Source of the DNA: a virus
Strand: one strand, 5' to 3'
DNA length: 64,000 bases
Virus record (IMG/VR): IMGVR_UViG_3300047548_001271
Span: 1-64,000 of that record
Numbering within the stretch: the first letter of the stretch is position 1; each line of letters starts with the position of its first letter. The notes below the pieces were generated by a model. That model did not search any database. It saw nothing but the letters and a program-made list of their open reading frames with translations, and was not told where the DNA came from. The position numbers and the translations under genes are program-made. Shown piece by piece: positions 56,884 through 64,000 of this stretch.

Positions 56884-57563
56884 TATTTACTCCAATCTTC
56901 TTGATAACCTTTAATATTTTCTGGGACGTTTTCAACACTATATTCGTTAAGATTTTTTATCATCGCTTTAGCGGTCTCTTTTGAGACCTCATGAATGCTA
57001 CGATAGTTTTTCTTTCCCGAATTAATAAATTTAATAACATCAATATCAAGTTTTTTACACTTTACATTGATAAGATTTTTCTGCTCGCTTGTAATTCTTT
57101 CTTCAGTTGTAATTTGATCTGCGATGAACTTTCTAACATCTTTTTTACAAAGTTCTTCAGCGGCTAACGCTCTAATATTTAGAGCTTTTCTTAATGCTCT
57201 TCCTTCAGCTTTTGTTCCTGCGGTTGCTACAGCATGAGCTAGGAATAAATCGTCTGTATTTCCTTCCCAAGTATCACATACATCACCAAAAGTTCTGTAT
57301 GCTTTTTCTCCGTCAAGCTTCCATTTAAAAACCACTTCCCATACAACTGTAGCTCTTCCAACTCCATTACCTTCTACCGGCCACACATTCACTGGCTTAC
57401 TAGAGATTATATCCCCAAGAATTAAACCGGCAACACGTCTTAAGCTATTTGTTTTTGGATGGCCGTCAATAAGCTCTTCTGGAGTAAAATGAGACATGAC
57501 ATAATCATGCCACTCTACAGAATTGTATGAAGGGATTTCTTTATCTGAATCTTGATCCATCAT
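56883..57563 (-). CDS. Rad52/Sak-like single-strand annealing protein (tentative)
   Basis: ATAGTKAEGRALRKAL motif; C-terminal ITSEQ helix. Confidence 0.5.
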   Translation of the reverse strand: MMDQDSDKEIPSYNSVEWHDYVMSHFTPEELIDGHPKTNSLRRVAGLILGDIISSKPVNVWPVEGNGVGRATVVWEVVFKWKLDGEKAYRTFGDVCDTWEGNTDDLFLAHAVATAGTKAEGRALRKALNIRALAAEELCKKDVRKFIADQITTEERITSEQKNLINVKCKKLDIDVIKFINSGKKNYRSIHEVSKETAKAMIKNLNEYSVENVPENIKGYQEDWSK

Positions 57564-58344
57564 TTACCTCTATTTCTATTAAACGTTTAGATCTTTCTGG
57601 AAACTGCTTTTCAATTTTTCTTAGTTCGGTATAGACAGAATCAAACAAATCATTCATCTTTGTTATTGAAATGCTTTTGTCTATCTGCTTAACTCTTATA
57701 ATTGCATAGCCAGCATCCATCAAGATACCTTGTTTAATAATATCAGCAGATTGTTGTTTTTGCAGCTTATCTTCTCCCCAAATCGGGAGAAAATGTGTTG
57801 GTCCGTCAACCTCGATCGCCGTCTTAATTTCTGGTAAAAACAAGTCAACTTTTAACGATGAATGAGGAACAAGATGCGTCTTTTGTGCTTCCACCTCATA
57901 CCCAGATTCAACTAAACGATTAAGTAAATGTTTTTCTGTTTTTGACCCAGAGCGAGAAGCTGCACGACAAGCATCAAGAGCTTTTTCTCGAAGTTCTTGC
58001 TTCTGAGATTCTGTCATTGAATTCCATTTGTCTTTGTTTAATTGTCTTATATATTCATAATCGTCTGGATTCATTTGCTTCCAAGCGTTTGATCTAGCTC
58101 TACCTATTTTTAGCTTTGCAGTTTCTTTTAATGCTTTGCCTTTTGTTGGATGCTCTGCACGACCAGTTGAAAGAGCTTTTGACTGAGCTGCTGAATAACT
58201 TCTACGCTCAATACCTAAGAAATCCAACGCTCTTAGAATTTTTGTAGAGTTTGTCTGTAATATTTCAGCAATTTGATATGTACTTAAACCTTGTCGTACA
58301 TACAGGTCTATTATTTTGTCTTTGTATTTTCTAGCAAATTCCAT
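57541..58344 (-). CDS. HTH + Vsr/DUF559-like endonuclease (homing type)
   Basis: LSTYQIAEIL HTH; SKTE...VDLF...AIEVDG..H. Confidence 0.75.
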   Translation of the reverse strand: MEFARKYKDKIIDLYVRQGLSTYQIAEILQTNSTKILRALDFLGIERRSYSAAQSKALSTGRAEHPTKGKALKETAKLKIGRARSNAWKQMNPDDYEYIRQLNKDKWNSMTESQKQELREKALDACRAASRSGSKTEKHLLNRLVESGYEVEAQKTHLVPHSSLKVDLFLPEIKTAIEVDGPTHFLPIWGEDKLQKQQSADIIKQGILMDAGYAIIRVKQIDKSISITKMNDLFDSVYTELRKIEKQFPERSKRLIEIEVNDGSRFR

Positions 58345-58778
58345 AAATCCTCCAAATTAAAATCTTCTAATATATCAGCTTCAATCTTGAAAAAACTTTT
58401 AATAGCAGCTTGATGACTTTGTGACCTTGTAATTATTTTTATATTTGAATTAAAAACGCTTCTTAAAAATTCACCAGAAAACTCCTCAAAAAACCAATCA
58501 AGATCCCATAAATATAAAACTTTTAAAGCATTTGTCTTACATGATATGATCTCAGCCGCGTGTTTAACTGTTGTGGCTATTAATACTCCATTAGAGAACG
58601 AACTTAATTCTCCAATATTTACTATTGCACACTGTAAATTAATCATATTATTACTAATATCGTATGGAACAATACAAACATCATTTAATGTATCAGTAAC
58701 TATCCTATTTACTTCTGATAATATTACATAGTTTTTTTCTGAAAAAGCTGTGTGATCTAATAGTATCATAGTTTTCAT
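58311..58778 (-). CDS. Hypothetical protein (possible Rossmann/GT-B half-domain)
   Basis: LIAT...KVLYLWDL...IITRS pattern; lies in the GT cluster. Confidence 0.45.
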   Translation of the reverse strand: MKTMILLDHTAFSEKNYVILSEVNRIVTDTLNDVCIVPYDISNNMINLQCAIVNIGELSSFSNGVLIATTVKHAAEIISCKTNALKVLYLWDLDWFFEEFSGEFLRSVFNSNIKIITRSQSHQAAIKSFFKIEADILEDFNLEDLWNLLENTKTK

Positions 58779-59416
58779 ATATTTTTTACCTTAGCTTTAT
58801 CATTTTGAACAATGTGAAATTTATATTTTTTATTAATTATATTTACTAATTCATATAAACCAATGTTAGTTTTTGAATAATTTACTAAACTTCGCACTTC
58901 TTCAAAATAGTTTATTGGAATATAGAACATTTCTGACCAAGCATTAGATACATTAGAAACACCATAAGATAAATTATTTAATAAATAGTTTTGATGAAGA
59001 ATCCCTATTTTATCTTTTATTTTACAGTTCATTTCAAATGTAAATAATTTACTACTGTTTATTCTATCAATAGAATATTTATTAAAGTACCTATCGCCAT
59101 GAATTATAAAAAGATTACTTTCAGAAGAAGCGTTAATTGCCAATCTAAGAGATTCAACAGATGAAGTTTCCTTATGATTATGATTTTCAACAAGTCTTAT
59201 TTTAAGATTTGATTGATGCACATAGGATGTTACATCTTTTGATTTGTATCCAGTACATAATACAATATCAGCAAAATTATACATCTTATTTATTGTATTT
59301 GTTTGCGAGTCAATTAAAGTAGTCTTATTTACTAGCGAAAGAGGTGCTGGTAATTTAGATCGAGTTTTTGGTTGACCGGCAGACAATATAATAAATGTTA
59401 TCGATTCAATATGCAT
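58775..59416 (-). CDS. Sugar/phosphocholine nucleotidyltransferase-like protein (divergent)
   Basis: IILSAG, TLID, TGYK, ESL, IHGD motifs. Confidence 0.7.
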   Translation of the reverse strand: MHIESITFIILSAGQPKTRSKLPAPLSLVNKTTLIDSQTNTINKMYNFADIVLCTGYKSKDVTSYVHQSNLKIRLVENHNHKETSSVESLRLAINASSESNLFIIHGDRYFNKYSIDRINSSKLFTFEMNCKIKDKIGILHQNYLLNNLSYGVSNVSNAWSEMFYIPINYFEEVRSLVNYSKTNIGLYELVNIINKKYKFHIVQNDKAKVKNI

Positions 59417-59928
59417 AAAGGCTCTGGAATGTGTTTAGATAAAGAGTTTGATAGAATATGTGATTCTGGATCTTTCTCAAACCCATAATGATTTGTATTA
59501 AAAAATACAAGAGGTAAGACATTGCTTTTTACAGGCATACTTTTTTGATAAACAATAGATCTAACACCAGTAGAGTTAGAAGTAGAATAATCTGAATATA
59601 TAGCTCCATAATTATTATCTTCAAATGTTTCTAATTTAAACTTATCAATATAACCTTCAACTGGATCGACTTTAGCGTTTATCGTAGTAAAACAATAAGA
59701 GTTTTTAATTATTTCTCTAATGTGATCTTTAAAAAATTGAGCATCAGACTCTTCATATTTAAAAAGATTGTAATAATCTTTACTACTAAAAGTGGAAGAG
59801 GAGTATAATAGGACATTTAAAACAACATCGTATTTACTACTATTAGATAAGTCTTTAATTTTTTTAAATCTGTCTTCATCTATTGATGAAGTAACAATAT
59901 TAATATTTACACGCTTCATTAATATCAT
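59398..59928 (-). CDS. Degenerate GT-A-like protein
   Basis: GAIYSDY and HIPEPL resemble GT2 segments; no DxD seen. Confidence 0.4.
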   Translation of the reverse strand: MILMKRVNINIVTSSIDEDRFKKIKDLSNSSKYDVVLNVLLYSSSTFSSKDYYNLFKYEESDAQFFKDHIREIIKNSYCFTTINAKVDPVEGYIDKFKLETFEDNNYGAIYSDYSTSNSTGVRSIVYQKSMPVKSNVLPLVFFNTNHYGFEKDPESHILSNSLSKHIPEPLCILNR

Positions 59929-60643
59929 CCCATGTTAAAATTTGATTTAAGCATCCTTGTTCCTCAGCCATTGCAATAACCTTGTCCTCAAATGTCATAT
60001 TCTTATTACCATGAACAAATTTAAACAGTGGCGATATACAGACCGACTGATGATAAAAATTTCCTACTTGTTTAACTAGTAATAATCTTTGTAGTTTTTC
60101 ATTAACGTAATAATTAATTTTGTCGAAAATAGAAGGATCAAAATCTTGCGAACTATCTAAGAAAAAGAGATAGCCATTTTTTGTCTTACGAAAAACTTCG
60201 CTAGACGCTTGCTCGTCGTTAAAAACATCGAATAATTTTACAACAGTCCATTTGTCTGTTTTAAATTTTTTTGCCTCTTTTACTACTAATGAAAGATCGT
60301 ATTGATCAGCACAGCAGATTGTTAATTTAAATTTTTTAGTAATATCAGAACTATTTATCTTTTCAATAACAGTGGCTAAATTAGAGGTTGGACCAGTATG
60401 ATGGAATAAAACAATTGTTCCTGGTATTGAAACTTCTTCTTTTAGTTGATCTAATACATCTTTTGTTTTATCTGGTTGCCATGTATGTGGTCGTCGATAC
60501 ATACAAATTCTATCAATGACCACGTCGCCATCTGTATGATTTACGTTTGCACCAGCAGCAAGCCACTTTTCGTGCAATCCAACTGAGCACTTTCCATCTG
60601 AAAATAAACAACACTCAGAACAAATTATTCCTAATTTAACCAT
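59900..60643 (-). CDS. GT-A-like protein with a Cys-rich N-terminus
   Basis: CSECC...C; KNGYLFFLDS. Confidence 0.4.
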   Translation of the reverse strand: MVKLGIICSECCLFSDGKCSVGLHEKWLAAGANVNHTDGDVVIDRICMYRRPHTWQPDKTKDVLDQLKEEVSIPGTIVLFHHTGPTSNLATVIEKINSSDITKKFKLTICCADQYDLSLVVKEAKKFKTDKWTVVKLFDVFNDEQASSEVFRKTKNGYLFFLDSSQDFDPSIFDKINYYVNEKLQRLLLVKQVGNFYHQSVCISPLFKFVHGNKNMTFEDKVIAMAEEQGCLNQILTWDDINEACKY

Positions 60644-62268
60644 GATTCTTCTCCAAAATTTATTAAGCCAGTTCTTGCTTTTTCCCAGAAATTAGAATTT
60701 TTGGCTTTTCCAATAAATAATTTAATAGTGTCTTCTTTAGAAAAAGACGACAGATTTTGTCTTCCATAAATAGATAGTTCTGAGTAGAAATAACCATCTT
60801 TTGATGGTCTATAGCTCGCAGCGTTTAGATCTCTTCTCAACATTCTAATGTCGTGGCTGTATTTTCTCCAGCTATCAATTAAGTAGGCATCACAACACTT
60901 ATCAACAAAAACGGAATTAGGTATATTAGGCGGAAGATTTAATACGTCTTCTGATTTTATAATCGGTGCAACATCCCAATCTGCATAACCAACTGAATCA
61001 ATAGCATTCATCCATACTTCAGAAGATGATTCTAGTGAATAATTTTCTTCAAATAATGATCTTACTCTTCTTCTTTTCTCTTCGTTCGTTTGTGTTAATT
61101 TTTCAATAGCTTCACAAACAGATTCAGAAGATGGCACAGCTCTGTCACAACCAGTTTCCAACTCCTTATATTTTCCGTCCAACTCAATAGGAATCGCTTC
61201 TAACTTATGAATAACATCTTCCATAGCTGAGTATCTAGTACAAGCCACTGGCACTCCACAAGCAGCAGCTTCGATCTGTGGAATTCCAAAACCCTCACAG
61301 TTAGCACACTGAATATACCCATCAAATAAATTATACAGTTTTCCAAAAACTTCGTCATTAAGACCGTTTACAACATTAACAGTTTGCGATGTAAATTTAT
61401 TGCAGTTAATACAAAACTTTAATGAATCACAGAACTTTGAAACTTCAAAGCTGTTACAATTAGAACATACATAAGAAAAAAGAACACGATTTGCAATTCC
61501 ATTTTCATGCAATAATTGTGCTAAGTCCCACCCATTATCTGGATATGATGTATGACAATACAGATAAACATCTTTCGCTTGTGTTTTATCGAGATATTTT
61601 TTAAAAGCTTCAAAAAGCACTGGGAATAATTTTCTTCTTTGATTCCTCATTACGGTGCCTATAATTTTTATATTTTGGTCTATTCCAAATTCTTCTCTAA
61701 TTTTTGCCTTATCCATCATGTGAAAATGACAGTTCGCAGTTGGAGACGCAGTGCCAAAATATTTTACATTTCCTCCAGATTGTCCATTTATAATTTTTGC
61801 TCCCCAATCAGAATAAGTAATAATACCATCTGCATTTGAGAAGTAATGAACCCACTCTTCATTTTGAGGAGCCGCATCAATTGTTGGCATCCAAATCCAT
61901 TTAAAAATCCTTCTAAACGGAGATGAATATACAAAAGAATCCATCCAAAAATCTCGGATGGATAAGACAACATCTGGTTTAAAATCTAAACAAGCTCTTT
62001 CAAATCGAAAAGCTCCGAATTGGTTTTGTGGATTTTCTACGTATTTAGACAAACCATCTTTATCAGAGTCTAAAGGAATTACTGGATAATTTTTCCATTT
62101 TATCGTCTGCCTTCTTTTATCGTCTTCTTTTCCGTAGCAAGACAATTCTGCAATTTCATACTTTCCGGTTTTATCAAAGGCCTCCATCATATTTTTAGAA
62201 TATGTGGCGTAACCAGTATTTTGATACGTTGCCTCAGTTAAGAATAATAGTCTTTTTTTATTCTTCAT
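60631..62268 (-). CDS. GT4-family (GT-B) glycosyltransferase with an inserted Zn ribbon
   Basis: TGY, KPDVV, RNQRRK, EGFGIPQIEAAACGVP; CSNC...CINC. Confidence 0.9.
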   Translation of the reverse strand: MKNKKRLLFLTEATYQNTGYATYSKNMMEAFDKTGKYEIAELSCYGKEDDKRRQTIKWKNYPVIPLDSDKDGLSKYVENPQNQFGAFRFERACLDFKPDVVLSIRDFWMDSFVYSSPFRRIFKWIWMPTIDAAPQNEEWVHYFSNADGIITYSDWGAKIINGQSGGNVKYFGTASPTANCHFHMMDKAKIREEFGIDQNIKIIGTVMRNQRRKLFPVLFEAFKKYLDKTQAKDVYLYCHTSYPDNGWDLAQLLHENGIANRVLFSYVCSNCNSFEVSKFCDSLKFCINCNKFTSQTVNVVNGLNDEVFGKLYNLFDGYIQCANCEGFGIPQIEAAACGVPVACTRYSAMEDVIHKLEAIPIELDGKYKELETGCDRAVPSSESVCEAIEKLTQTNEEKRRRVRSLFEENYSLESSSEVWMNAIDSVGYADWDVAPIIKSEDVLNLPPNIPNSVFVDKCCDAYLIDSWRKYSHDIRMLRRDLNAASYRPSKDGYFYSELSIYGRQNLSSFSKEDTIKLFIGKAKNSNFWEKARTGLINFGEESWLN

Positions 62269-62692
62269 AAACTTCTCTTATCTCTCTCATTATCTGTCTA
62301 GTTTTTTTCAATGAAATTTTTAATTTTTTTGATATGTCTTTCATTGTAAAGCCAGAAAGTTTCATACGTAAAACCTCTTCTTCTGTGGAGTTGAAGTTTT
62401 TTATACAATCAAGATCATTTAATTCATATTCTACGTCTACACGTTTTGCTGCTTTAGAAATATCTCTACCAAGCTTTTGCGACTTCATAAATTTTATTAT
62501 ATCATTCCTAATGCACTTTGTTAGAAATGTAGATATTTTTGATTTTTCGCTATTGTATTTTTTCATGACTTTTACTATTGTCATGCAGCCAACCTGCTCT
62601 AAATCTTGCAGACTATAAACTGGATTTTTTTTGTAGAACGACTTGGCTATACTTTTTGCTAAAGGAATATGTTTTTCTATTTCTTCGTTCAT
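62258..62692 (-). CDS. Sigma-70-like sigma factor
   Basis: DLEQVG...KYN...STF...IRNDI (region 2); GFTMKDISKKL (region 4 HTH). Confidence 0.8.
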   Translation of the reverse strand: MNEEIEKHIPLAKSIAKSFYKKNPVYSLQDLEQVGCMTIVKVMKKYNSEKSKISTFLTKCIRNDIIKFMKSQKLGRDISKAAKRVDVEYELNDLDCIKNFNSTEEEVLRMKLSGFTMKDISKKLKISLKKTRQIMREIREVYEE

Positions 62693-64000
62693 ATTAAAAA
62701 TATACTTTCAACTATAAATGATTTTCTTACAGGGTCTTTTATTTCTCCGCTGATAAGAACGAGTGCGTCTTCATATATTATATCTTTGTTTTGCCCGTAC
62801 AAGTCAGTGAAAATGACAACATTCTCTAATTGAGAAGATTCATCCTCTAAGGTAAGAAAGCACATTTCTTCACCCTTTTTAGTCTTATGCACTTTGATAC
62901 GTTTGATAATAGCGGCAATTGTTGACCTCGACATTTTACCATTAGCAATCTCTACGCATCTAGTATCGGCGTGTCCGGCCTCAGCAGAGGCAGTTAGCTC
63001 TGAATGGTAGATCGAACAACCCAGCAGCTTTTCTTCGATCTTTGCATACACAGAAGGATTATCCTTCAATGATCTTCCTGGATTATTCAATCTTGTGATG
63101 ATATCTTTGACTTTTAGAAGTCTCGCTGCCGTAGAAATAAATCCAACTTCGCCTCGCTTTTTCTTAACGCCTTTATCAACTAAAGACTGAATAATGTCGA
63201 TGATTGGCTTGCTCTTATCATAAGATAGTTTAATTGCTTCAACTTCATTGTCGTTTAGGTCATTTAGACATGAGAATTCATGCAGCATTTCAGATCTAGT
63301 TTTGCCAAAACCAGAAAATGTACCAACAGAAATCATGTTCTCTATTGCTTTTTTATTGATATTATACAAACCCTCAATTAATAGTTGAGACCATGTTGGT
63401 TTTGGATTCTCATCTAAAAACTTCTTTAAGTCATCATGGTGGGCTTGTCCGACATATTTTATATTGCAGACTCCAAATCTTATACAATTATATTTTGAAT
63501 CCCAAAAGAAATCGTCAGAAAGTCGAGTATAATGAGGCCCAGCAACTTCTAGGTCTTTTCCTTTAGTTGCCATAACAAGCTCTTTGACTTCTACGTCCGG
63601 ATCAACTTTGTCAGCAGCCAGTCTCAACCAGTTTACAAAGAATTTTTTAGGTCTATGATATTTAACATAAGCAGACCAATATGATAATGTAGCATAGCAC
63701 ACGCTGTGGCTAGCATTGAACGAATATCTATTGCTTTTTTCGATAATATCAAATACTTCTATAGCTTTTTCTTCTGTTATGTTATTTTTTACACAACCTT
63801 CTATAAAGCTAAGTCTAACCTTTGCCATCAGATCGGCTTTTTTCTTACCAATAGCTTTTCGCAAATCATCAGCTTGTTCTAGCGTGAATTTAGCCATAAC
63901 CTCTGCGATTTTCATTGACTGTTCTTGATATACAATAACCCCATAAGTCTTCTGAAGAATATGGTCTATTGATTCATGAAAGCTCGTGGGCTTCTCTAGG
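62689..64000 (-). CDS. dnaE: DNA polymerase III alpha subunit (5'-partial, runs off the window)
   Basis: TYGVIVYQEQ, ADDLRKAIGKKK, YSFNASHS..Y, IRFG..NIK.VG, C-terminal OB fold. Confidence 0.95.
   Translation of the reverse strand, partial: LEKPTSFHESIDHILQKTYGVIVYQEQSMKIAEVMAKFTLEQADDLRKAIGKKKADLMAKVRLSFIEGCVKNNITEEKAIEVFDIIEKSNRYSFNASHSVCYATLSYWSAYVKYHRPKKFFVNWLRLAADKVDPDVEVKELVMATKGKDLEVAGPHYTRLSDDFFWDSKYNCIRFGVCNIKYVGQAHHDDLKKFLDENPKPTWSQLLIEGLYNINKKAIENMISVGTFSGFGKTRSEMLHEFSCLNDLNDNEVEAIKLSYDKSKPIIDIIQSLVDKGVKKKRGEVGFISTAARLLKVKDIITRLNNPGRSLKDNPSVYAKIEEKLLGCSIYHSELTASAEAGHADTRCVEIANGKMSRSTIAAIIKRIKVHKTKKGEEMCFLTLEDESSQLENVVIFTDLYGQNKDIIYEDALVLISGEIKDPVRKSFIVESIFLI

Overview
This is a 64-kb segment of a large tailed dsDNA phage, probably a siphovirus (3,259-aa tape measure protein, no tail-sheath gene recognised). 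Three blocks are visible. (1) 1-8.65 kb is a GC-richer, leftward-transcribed accessory/early arm. It holds short ORFs, tRNA-Arg(TCT), tRNA-Asn(GTT) and a 54-nt CCA-ending mini-tRNA-like RNA. The arm is organised as self-contained units (sigma70-type promoter, RBS, ORFs, terminator) separated by ten copies of a ~56-bp composite element: TYGA boxes, a 22-bp covarying GC palindrome and a YGNNGCRGC tail. (2) 9.1-55.4 kb is an AT-rich rightward block: sigma factor, GDP-mannose dehydratase, HNH, ERCC4 nuclease, ClpP, a terminase split by three inteins (one class 3), portal, head and tail genes, and Cys-rich tail-tip proteins. It also carries a TGGNGTAT putative late-promoter motif and a 14-mer embedded in four genes. 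(3) 55.4-64 kb is a leftward block: methyltransferase, recombination-like genes, a glycosyl/nucleotidyl-transferase cluster, a second sigma factor and a partial DnaE. The best candidate for an undescribed system is the cassette array with structure-conserved spacer elements. All calls come from motif recognition by eye; no database searches were run.
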